A program made the position numbers and the translations under genes. This document shows positions 27,081 through 34,705 of a DNA stretch of 64,000 bases, piece by piece. This stretch comes from an uncultured Gammaproteobacteria bacterium (lineage in GTDB: Bacteria > Patescibacteriota > Patescibacteriia > UBA9934). Location: contig CAYFME010000001.1 in NCBI GenBank assembly GCA_964344145.1, forward strand, positions 16,896-80,895, given 5' to 3'. The notes below the pieces were generated by a model. That model was not told the origin of the DNA. It ran no database searches and was given only the letters and a program-made list of their open reading frames with translations. How positions within the stretch are numbered: position 1 is the stretch's first letter; every line of letters begins with the position of its first letter.

Positions 27081-28067
27081 ATGGACTTACAGCACATCGC
27101 CCTAAACATCTACTCCTTCGGTTATGCTGCTGGATTTCTTAAGGACGATCGATATCCAGATCAAAAGCAGGCAGTAACGATCGACGCGCTTCCAGACCTC
27201 GCCGCATCTCTCGGGCTTGGGGGGATTGAATTTCCGTTTGATTATTTTTTTCGCGATGACGTGTCCGCGGGCGTGGCGTTTATTAAGCGCGTACAGGCGC
27301 GTGGACTGACGGTTGCGATTGATTTTGAGAAATGTGATGCATCGCTGTTGCGCAACGTGCTGCCGCAACTGCGTACACTGGATATCTCCTGGTGCCGGAT
27401 CAAGCTTCCACAGACGCTCTATGGTGGGGCGCAATATAAAGAACACGATTTCGGCATCTGGCGAGGGAGGTTTATCCACCTCTTGCAGGAGTTGCTTCCC
27501 CTCTTACGCGAACGAGACATGCGGTTGCTCGTTGAGAATCATCAAGATCTTTTTATTCAAGATTTGATTGATGTGATCCGTGCGACTGATCCAAGGCACA
27601 TTGGTATCAATTGGGACATAGGCAATAGCTTAGCGATTGGTGCAACACCGCAGCAGTTTTATGACGCGCTTGGACCATACATCGGGAATGTGCATTTGAA
27701 GGATTATCAGATTATGCCGCAGGAGAAGGGGATTGGCCTTGTGCGCTGTGCGCTCGGTGATGGGGTGGTAGATTTTGGATCAATCCTCGGACGCATCAAA
27801 AAAGATCATGGCGCGATGCCGATGTCCATCGAACTTGGGGCGCAAGTGACGCGGATGGTGGACATGCATGAAGATGCCTATTGGAACCAGATGATTCCGG
27901 TTGATCGCGCCCGCCGTGTCGTCTATGAACAATTTGTTGCCGCGCATATGGCAACCGAGCAAAAAACAACACTCTGGCAGCAGCGAAAGGCTGCCGAAGC
28001 CATCGTTGATCGCGAACACGAAGAGGTTAAGCAATCGGTTGACTTTCTCTCTTCGCTTAATGTATAA
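27081..28067 (+). CDS. xylose-isomerase-like TIM-barrel protein (sugar-phosphate isomerase/epimerase; hydroxypyruvate-isomerase-like)
   Basis: LLVENHQDLFIQDLIDVIRATDPRHIGINWDIGNSLAIG...NVHLKD matches the conserved E-H-D-H-E metal-site architecture of the AP_endonuc_2/xylose isomerase-like family. Confidence 0.65.
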   Translation: MDLQHIALNIYSFGYAAGFLKDDRYPDQKQAVTIDALPDLAASLGLGGIEFPFDYFFRDDVSAGVAFIKRVQARGLTVAIDFEKCDASLLRNVLPQLRTLDISWCRIKLPQTLYGGAQYKEHDFGIWRGRFIHLLQELLPLLRERDMRLLVENHQDLFIQDLIDVIRATDPRHIGINWDIGNSLAIGATPQQFYDALGPYIGNVHLKDYQIMPQEKGIGLVRCALGDGVVDFGSILGRIKKDHGAMPMSIELGAQVTRMVDMHEDAYWNQMIPVDRARRVVYEQFVAAHMATEQKTTLWQQRKAAEAIVDREHEEVKQSVDFLSSLNV

Positions 28068-28075
28068 GTCTCCAT

Positions 28076-28894
28076 ATGAAAGGGAGAAACATCATCATTA
28101 CTGGCGGGACGCGCGGGTTGGGGCTTGCCTACGCTCGGCACCTGGCCGAGCAGGGATCCAACCTCGCCCTTGTTGATGTGTCGGCGGATGCGTGCCGGGT
28201 GTATGGGGAGGTGGAGGACGTAGAGGGACTTTGTTCAGAGCTTGCTGGTGATGACTCCATGGTTCGTTTTTATGCATGCGATTTGACGGATCGAGCGGCA
28301 ACGAAGGCAACGATCGATCAAATTGTTCAAGATTTTGCATCCATTGACGGTGTGGTCACCAACGCCGGAGGAGATGTTCGCGGGACACAGCATGATGCCT
28401 CGGGCGGCAAGGCTCCAGAGAATACGTTTTTCATCGCCGATGATGATCACGACACGATTTTTGCGCGCAATTACGACACGTGTCGTAATGCGCTCCGCGC
28501 GGTTGTTCCACACATGCAGCGGCAGGGGTATGGAAAGATCGTAACGGTTGCTTCCGTGAACGCCGGGTTTGGGATGGAGCGAGAGACGACGTACGCAACC
28601 GCGAAAGCGGCGGTGATCCACCTGATGCGTTGTCTTGCCGTACAGCTGCGCCAAGATGGGATCAACGTGAACTGCGTGGCACCGGGACCAACAAAAACGG
28701 GAAGATTTTTGTCGACACTGAAAGATCGTGCGGGACATGATCTTGAAGGAGTGCATTCGACTGCACGACTTGATCGGGTTGCACGCCCGGAAGACATCGC
28801 TCCGGTGGTCGCCTTTTTGTTGTCAGATGCGGCCGATTTTGTCTCTGGAGAAGTGGTTCGGGTTGATGGAGGGCTTTTCACGGCGCCCATATGA
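28076..28894 (+). CDS. SDR-family oxidoreductase
   Basis: IIITGGTRGLGLA Rossmann motif, NAGG, YATAKAA (YxxxK). Confidence 0.8.
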   Translation: MKGRNIIITGGTRGLGLAYARHLAEQGSNLALVDVSADACRVYGEVEDVEGLCSELAGDDSMVRFYACDLTDRAATKATIDQIVQDFASIDGVVTNAGGDVRGTQHDASGGKAPENTFFIADDDHDTIFARNYDTCRNALRAVVPHMQRQGYGKIVTVASVNAGFGMERETTYATAKAAVIHLMRCLAVQLRQDGINVNCVAPGPTKTGRFLSTLKDRAGHDLEGVHSTARLDRVARPEDIAPVVAFLLSDAADFVSGEVVRVDGGLFTAPI

Positions 28895-29787
28895 CCGATG
28901 ACGAGCGAAACATTGATACGCAACTCGCAAACATGATGTTCGCTGTGCAAAAGCAACTTGAGACGCGCTCGATCGGTATGGATTGGAAGCAAGCGTTCGT
29001 GCTGACGGCGCAAAACGTCCTAGAAACAGTTGGAGCGTCGTCGGACGTTTCGCGTGAGAAGGTGCAAGAGGCAGCAGAGGTGTTTCTAAGCGACTTTTGT
29101 GCCATCCCGATGCGTGATACGGTGTATCACGACGTGCCAGATGCGTTGCAGGCTCTGGCAACGGTAGCGGGCCATGTTGTGCTTTGGACTCGTGGCGATG
29201 TGGTGAACACACATCAAGCGCAGAAAGTGGAACAGTCAGGCATTGGCGAGATGTTGCGTTTGCTACAAGAGAAGCATGAGGTGAATGTGACCGAGCTGAT
29301 CGCTGCGCGCAAGATGGCGCGAACCGTCGAACATGTTGATGCAAGATGGCGGCAGGCGGGAGAGCCTGAGCAGCTCGTGATCTCCGTATACGAAGATTCG
29401 GTTGAAAATAGCGTTGCCGTTGATTCCCTACTGCGCACATGGGCTTCGCGCAAAGGAGTGGCCCTTGCATTGTTGCATCTTCGGGCAACATTAGGCCGAC
29501 GCGCCCACGAGCCAACGCCGCAAGATTTGCCTATATCGGTGGTGAGCGTAACGTCGCTCACGGACGCCGTTGATGTCATGCGCGGTGTCCTTGAGCAGGA
29601 GCAATTGACCCGTAACGAACATATTGCGCTGCTGGATTTTGACGGGGCGCTCTGCGATAATCGGCTTATGCGTTGCAGGCAAGCTGGTGTCATGGAGAAA
29701 CATCTTCGCATGCTATTGTCTCCAGACGATCAACACCATTTTGATAAACACTATTGGTATGAACAAGGATCCAAAACAGGCATTTGA
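28891..29787 (+). CDS. hypothetical protein (possible HAD-like motif near C-terminus)
   Basis: ATGA coupling. Only LLDFDGALCDN (DxDG-like) stands out. No confident family assignment. Confidence 0.35.
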   Translation: MTDDERNIDTQLANMMFAVQKQLETRSIGMDWKQAFVLTAQNVLETVGASSDVSREKVQEAAEVFLSDFCAIPMRDTVYHDVPDALQALATVAGHVVLWTRGDVVNTHQAQKVEQSGIGEMLRLLQEKHEVNVTELIAARKMARTVEHVDARWRQAGEPEQLVISVYEDSVENSVAVDSLLRTWASRKGVALALLHLRATLGRRAHEPTPQDLPISVVSVTSLTDAVDVMRGVLEQEQLTRNEHIALLDFDGALCDNRLMRCRQAGVMEKHLRMLLSPDDQHHFDKHYWYEQGSKTGI

Positions 29788-30538
29788 TTTTACAGGCGCC
29801 ACTGCGCTCATTGCGGGTGGTGCGACCGGACTCGGGCTCGAGATGGCGCGCGGACTGCTCGCGCATGGATGTCGCGTTGCTCTGATGGGGCGTCGTAAAG
29901 AGTTGTGCGAACAAGTAGCAGCGGAGCTATGTGCAACGTATGATGATCGTTGCGTGGCGATTCCGGGTGATATTTCCGATGAGGCTTCCATGCGCTCTGT
30001 AGCACAGCAGGTAGCGGCACAATTTGACGGCGAGCTCAATATTGCCATCAATTCTGCGGGATTTAACATCCGCAATCCTATTGAGAAGGTCTCGCTTGAT
30101 GAGTGGGAGTCGGTGCAGCGTACGAATGCGACAGGCGGCTTTCTCTTTGCACGCGAGCTTTTCCCTCTTTTGAAGAAGGCGTCCTTCGGGCGGCTGATCA
30201 ATGTGGTGAGCATTTTTGGTTCACACTCGTTTCCAGATCGCGTGAGTTACTCCTCGAGCAAAGGATCGCTTTTGCAACTCACGCGCACACTCGCGATTGA
30301 GTGGGCGTCCTATGGGATTACGGTTAATGCGATTTCGCCTGGACCGTTTTTGACAGACATCAATAAGGCTGTGCTCGATAACAAAGAGAACTACGAGAAG
30401 TTTTGCCAAAAGATTCCGATTGGTCGATTTGGTGACCCGCAAGAGGTGACGACGAGTGCGTTGTTTCTCGCATCGCCGGCATCAACCTATGTCACGGGAG
30501 CAGACATTATGGTCGATGGAGCGTGGACAATAACCTAG
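29759..30538 (+). CDS. SDR-family oxidoreductase
   Basis: Start at the internal ATG giving MNKDPKQAFDFTGATALIAGGATGLGL (Rossmann). NSAG, YSSSKGS (YxxxK). The long listed N-terminal extension overlaps the upstream gene and is unlikely. Confidence 0.75.
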   Translation: MNKDPKQAFDFTGATALIAGGATGLGLEMARGLLAHGCRVALMGRRKELCEQVAAELCATYDDRCVAIPGDISDEASMRSVAQQVAAQFDGELNIAINSAGFNIRNPIEKVSLDEWESVQRTNATGGFLFARELFPLLKKASFGRLINVVSIFGSHSFPDRVSYSSSKGSLLQLTRTLAIEWASYGITVNAISPGPFLTDINKAVLDNKENYEKFCQKIPIGRFGDPQEVTTSALFLASPASTYVTGADIMVDGAWTIT

Positions 30539-30563
30539 CTCTCGTGTACAACATCCAACAGAT

Positions 30564-31295
30564 ATGAACGCCATTATCTACGCTGCCGGCGCGGGCAATC
30601 GTCTGGGTGCTGCGATACATAAAGGGCTCGTGACGGTTGCGGGCGTACCTATGATTGACTATGCACTGCTGCGCGCTGCGCGAGGAAATCCTCAACAGAT
30701 TATTGTGGTCACCGGTCACTTTGCAGACGCGTTGCGTGAGCACATCGGAGCGGACTATCGCGGGATCCCGGTGCGCTACGTGCATAACGATCATTATCAG
30801 CTGCGCGGTAACATGAGCAGTCTGTGGGCGGCGCGTGATTACTGTACTGACGACGTCTTCTTCACAACGAGTGACCTCGTTTGTTCCTTGCAAGACATCG
30901 ATGCGTTTTTTGCTGCTCCACCCGTGAATAAAATCCTCATTGACACGAATCCGCAGTATCATACAGATCCCGATCCGGTAAAAGTGACGGTTGAGCAAGA
31001 GCGCATTGTGTCGGTGCGCAAGCAGATCGATGGGAGTGTCCATGGAGCCGCCATTGGCATGTATCACTTTAGCAAGAAGGCGATGCAACAGATGCTTGAC
31101 GCCATCGAGGCGCGGATCGCCGCAGGAGGCATTGATACGTCCCTTTATTGGGCTATTGATGACATTATGGGCGATGTGCATACCGTGCCCGTGTATTGTA
31201 AAGGGTTACCGTGGTTTGATGTGGATACGCCGGAAGAACTCCGCGCAGCGGAGCAAGCGGTAAGTAATGCCCAAGCTGATTATCTTGATGTATGA
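30564..31295 (+). CDS. sugar/alcohol-phosphate nucleotidyltransferase (NTP_transferase fold, LicC/IspD/CofC-like)
   Basis: MNAIIYAAGAGNRLG...GLVTVAGVPMIDY is the G-x-G-x-R-L nucleotidyltransferase signature. 243 aa. Confidence 0.7.
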   Translation: MNAIIYAAGAGNRLGAAIHKGLVTVAGVPMIDYALLRAARGNPQQIIVVTGHFADALREHIGADYRGIPVRYVHNDHYQLRGNMSSLWAARDYCTDDVFFTTSDLVCSLQDIDAFFAAPPVNKILIDTNPQYHTDPDPVKVTVEQERIVSVRKQIDGSVHGAAIGMYHFSKKAMQQMLDAIEARIAAGGIDTSLYWAIDDIMGDVHTVPVYCKGLPWFDVDTPEELRAAEQAVSNAQADYLDV

Positions 31296-32233
31296 AAATA
31301 CTTGTTGTTGGGGGTTCCGGGTTTATCGGAAGCCATGTCGCAGATCAACTTTCTGACGCAGGACACGACGTTGCGATTTTCGCACCGGATCGTTCACCTT
31401 ATGTACGAGACGACCAACGGATGATTGTTGGTGATATTACCAATGCCGACGATGTCGATCGCGCGGTCGCAGGACATGATATTGTTTATAATTTTGCAAG
31501 TGTGGCCGCCATCAAAGAGGCAAGCGAAAATCCAATCGCGGTCACGCGCGTGAATGTCCTTGGGACCGTGCATCTGCTGGAGGCCTGCAGAACGCACAAC
31601 GTGAGGAGATTTATTCTGGCAAGTTCGGTCTATGTGTATAGTCACACGGGGTCGATTTATAAAGCGAGTAAGCAGGCGGCCGAACGGTTTGTGGAGGCGT
31701 ATCTGGAGCGGTTTGATGCGCCGGCGCACACGATTGCGCGCGTGGGCACCGTGTATGGTCCCCGTGCCCAAGAGTGGAACGGCTTTCGTCAGCTCATCAC
31801 CGAGGCGGTGACAAAACAATCGGTCGTGTACAACGGATCGGGCGATGAGGTGCGTGCCTTTGTGCACGTGCACGATGTTGCCGCAAGTTTTGTCGATCTG
31901 CTCGCCCCTGAATATGAAAATGCGCACGTGATTATTGCCGGACAAGAGCAGGTCCGCGCGCGCGATTTTGTTGATATGCTTGCGGAGATGTTCGGCGGCG
32001 CCCTTGATGTAACCTTTGCGCATGAGGGAAGCGCGCGCCCAGATCATTACACCATGACGCCGTTTAGTTACCGTCCGAAAATGGCAAAGAAGATGACGCG
32101 CAGCACCTACATTGATCTTGGGCAGGGGATCCTTGAATACGTACATGAGCTGCAGTTAGAAAAGAACGGCGTTGATCACACCGGGATTCCAACGTTGCAG
32201 ATCGAGCATAACGGCGTTGATCACACCGTATGA
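31292..32233 (+). CDS. NAD-dependent nucleotide-sugar epimerase/dehydratase
   Basis: MKILVVGGSGFIGSHV Rossmann motif, YKASK (YxxxK). The C-terminal tail is created by an 18-bp tandem-type repeat. Confidence 0.75.
   Translation: MKILVVGGSGFIGSHVADQLSDAGHDVAIFAPDRSPYVRDDQRMIVGDITNADDVDRAVAGHDIVYNFASVAAIKEASENPIAVTRVNVLGTVHLLEACRTHNVRRFILASSVYVYSHTGSIYKASKQAAERFVEAYLERFDAPAHTIARVGTVYGPRAQEWNGFRQLITEAVTKQSVVYNGSGDEVRAFVHVHDVAASFVDLLAPEYENAHVIIAGQEQVRARDFVDMLAEMFGGALDVTFAHEGSARPDHYTMTPFSYRPKMAKKMTRSTYIDLGQGILEYVHELQLEKNGVDHTGIPTLQIEHNGVDHTV
32165..32227 (+). repeat. perfect 18-bp direct repeat AACGGCGTTGATCACACC x2, 45 bp apart, at the 3' end of the epimerase gene
   Basis: Copies at 32165-32182 and 32210-32227. 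Encodes the duplicated NGVDHT in the tail ...NGVDHTGIPTLQIEHNGVDHTV*. Confidence 0.8.
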
Positions 32234-33003
32234 ATATCATCGCCATTATTCCAGCGCGAATGGCCTCGACACGCCTGCCGGGAAAGCCCATGAAGCCTAT
32301 TTGTGGGATGCCCATGGTCGGGCATGTGTATGCGCGCGCGAAGATGAGTGAAAAGTTGACAGGAGTGTATATTGCCACCTGCGACCAGGAGATTATGGAT
32401 TACGCTGGCAGCATTGGCGCTCCCGCTTATATGACCAGTGATACGCATGAGCGCTGTACCGACCGCGTTGCCGAGGCGATGGCCTATGTGGAGCGTGATA
32501 CGGGAGAAGAGGCAGATATTGTCTTGGTCTTGCAGGGGGATGAGCCGATGACAACGCCCGAGATGATTGATGCAGCCTTGGCACCTATGATGGACGATCC
32601 ATCCATTGATGTTGTGAATTTGATGGCACCGCTTGCCAGTGCCAAAGAGCATGATGATAAGAATGAGCCGAAGGTGGTGGTAGATAAGCAAGGAAATGCG
32701 ATGTATATGTCGCGCGAGGCGATTCCGTCGCGCTGGAAGCAAGGAGAGGATGTGCCGATGATGAAGCAGGTGTGCGTGATGCCGTTTCGCCGGCAAGCGT
32801 TGCTTGACTTTAATGCTATGGAGCAAACGCCTTGCGAGATTGCCGAGTCCATCGACATGTTGCGCCTCCTTGAAAACGGCAAGCCTGTGCGGATGGTCCT
32901 ATCTCCAACCGCTGCAACGTATAGCGTGGACACGCCGGAGGACTTGGCGCATGTTGAGCAAGCGATGCGGGATGATCCGCTGGTTGTCCAGTACGCAGCA
33001 TGA
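32230..33003 (+). CDS. KdsB-like CMP-ulosonic acid synthetase (CTP_transf_3 family)
   Basis: IIAIIPARMASTRLPGKPMKPICGMPMV...YIATCDQEI...MTSDTHERCTDRVAEA parallels KdsB (IIPARYASTRLPGKPL...HQSGTDR). ATGA coupling to the upstream gene. Confidence 0.7.
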   Translation: MNIIAIIPARMASTRLPGKPMKPICGMPMVGHVYARAKMSEKLTGVYIATCDQEIMDYAGSIGAPAYMTSDTHERCTDRVAEAMAYVERDTGEEADIVLVLQGDEPMTTPEMIDAALAPMMDDPSIDVVNLMAPLASAKEHDDKNEPKVVVDKQGNAMYMSREAIPSRWKQGEDVPMMKQVCVMPFRRQALLDFNAMEQTPCEIAESIDMLRLLENGKPVRMVLSPTAATYSVDTPEDLAHVEQAMRDDPLVVQYAA

Positions 33004-33025
33004 GATCGGTGAAAAACGTCTTCCA

Positions 33026-33054
33026 TTGACAAATCTAGGAGCTTACTCTATATT
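33026..33054 (+). promoter_or_regulatory. near-consensus sigma70 promoter
   Basis: TTGACA (33026-33031), 17-nt spacer, TATATT (33049-33054). It lies immediately after the long glycan operon ends and upstream of the high-GC orphan gene, with a ~150-nt leader. Confidence 0.5.
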
Positions 33055-33206
33055 GACTCCTTGTTCTTTGTGATTTTGGTCTTCTTTTTCGCTACCAAAC
33101 AACCGTAGTAGAGAGAAAGAAGGTCGGAATCCTCCGGTCCCCGTGGTACGCGTTACGCGAACAGTTTGGTTGGTACGACGTACGCCGCATCTTAAGGAGG
33201 TGCCTC

Positions 33207-33743
33207 TTGGCACGCACAGATACGCACAACAGCCCCGTCTCGTGGCTTCGTCGGCTCTCAGGAACTCTCGAGAAGATCATCGAGGCGGTCGAAGAGCAGG
33301 GTGGTACGTTCGACCATCTCAAGTCGTTTGTCGCCGATGCTCGCAACTGCGTCAACCTGGGCAAGCTGGTGATGGGAAGGCTCGAGATCGTCGAGTCGGA
33401 ACTTCCCACCCAGATCACCCTCGGCGATCGCACCTACGAGATCCTCGGCTTCCTCAAGCCTGGCGAGACCTCGGTCAAGGGTGACGTCATGGTCCAGCGC
33501 GCCAAGGAGATGAACGCCCACCTCGGCAAGGAAGACGGCCAGTGGTTCCTGGACCACCAGGACGACATCCCTGAGAGTCTGCGCGGCAAGGTCGCCTTCG
33601 TCTTCACCGACTGGCGTGACCCCGGCGCCTCGCGCAGCGTCTGCTACGTCTACTGGCACGGCGCTTCCCGTCGCTGGATCAGGCACTGGCGCGGCCTCCG
33701 CGACCAGTGGGGTGTCAGCGACCGTCTTGTGCGTCGCAAGTAG
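33207..33743 (+). CDS. hypothetical protein, TTG start, high-GC foreign-looking orphan
   Basis: AAGGAGG RBS 6 nt upstream of TTG. The 178-aa ORF is markedly more GC-rich than its flanks. No recognisable domain. Confidence 0.5.
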   Translation: MARTDTHNSPVSWLRRLSGTLEKIIEAVEEQGGTFDHLKSFVADARNCVNLGKLVMGRLEIVESELPTQITLGDRTYEILGFLKPGETSVKGDVMVQRAKEMNAHLGKEDGQWFLDHQDDIPESLRGKVAFVFTDWRDPGASRSVCYVYWHGASRRWIRHWRGLRDQWGVSDRLVRRK

Positions 33744-33802
33744 GCTCTTGGGTACTGGGGCTCTTGGCACCTGTCTTGGCCCTCGCTCCCTTGGTTCCTC
33801 CG

Positions 33803-33830
33803 CGACCCCCGTCCACATGGACGGGGGTCG
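33803..33830 (+). other. perfect 12-bp GC-rich inverted repeat (hairpin) CGACCCCCGTCC-acat-GGACGGGGGTCG
   Basis: Read directly. Located 60 nt after the high-GC orphan gene, with no following T-tract. Possible terminator or recombination/structural site. Confidence 0.4.
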
Positions 33831-33947
33831 AGTGCTTTGCAAGCGCCATTTCTCACAGTCAACGAACATATGGTGAAGGCCCTCGGCTGGAATGTTAAGA
33901 GCAAGATAGGAGTTGTCACTGGACTGTATGTGATAAGATAGCCCTGT

Positions 33948-34535
33948 ATGAAGCGCCGGCTGAAATCAAAAGGCGAACAAAGCGTCTACGTTTTCATCGA
34001 CGCATCTAACCTGTGGGAGGCGCAGAAGGCCAAGGGGAAGATGTTTGATTTTGAAAAGCTGGTCGCTTATCTGAAAGACGAGTTTTCAACGCCAGATGTT
34101 GAGGTGTTTTATTACACCGCCTATCCCGCAGACGGAACACGCTCATACAGCCTGGATCCAAAGCACAAGTTTTTCGCATTTCTAAAAAAAGGCCTTAGAT
34201 TCCATGTACGTAAGAAGCCGCTGAAGCGCATCACGATCGACAGCGACGAAGGTCAATCAGTACAAGAGAAAGGTAATATGGATGTGGAGATGACGATTGA
34301 TGCCCTCCACCACCGAGATAAGTATGACGTTGCCGTCTTTTTCACGGGTGACTCGGATTTCCTCGCTTTGGTGAACTATCTAAAAAACAACGGAAAGAAG
34401 GTATACATTTTCTCATCTAAGAACAATGTCTCACATGAGCTGAAAACAGGTGGTCATGGATACCGAGACATTCTCAAAATCGACAAGGACATCTGGGGGC
34501 GTGATCTGCGCCACAGAGGACAAAAGAAACGATAA
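33948..34535 (+). CDS. NYN-domain (LabA-like) protein, putative RNase, stand-alone
   Basis: VYVFIDASNLW...DVAVFFTGDSDFLALVNYLK are the NYN/PIN-like acidic motifs. AT-rich gene between GC-rich flanks. Confidence 0.65.
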   Translation: MKRRLKSKGEQSVYVFIDASNLWEAQKAKGKMFDFEKLVAYLKDEFSTPDVEVFYYTAYPADGTRSYSLDPKHKFFAFLKKGLRFHVRKKPLKRITIDSDEGQSVQEKGNMDVEMTIDALHHRDKYDVAVFFTGDSDFLALVNYLKNNGKKVYIFSSKNNVSHELKTGGHGYRDILKIDKDIWGRDLRHRGQKKR

Positions 34536-34705
34536 AGGAAAGCACCCTCCGCAAGGAGGGTGCTTCTTGGATGTAATACCCTAACAGTCTATGGCTAGAC
34601 TGAAAGACACTAAAATCATAGCCTGTGGAGTCGATTCTGTCAATAGTGGTCCCGTCGCGTCAAGTTGACGCGAAAAGGCCAAATGAGTACCCTGAGGCTA
34701 GAAAA

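Noticed and set aside
33080-33200. Looked for a tRNA gene as an integration target at the left border of the high-GC islet
   Set aside because: No acceptor-stem/T-loop (GTTCGAATC-like) arrangement could be found. The segment is better explained as a promoter plus leader.
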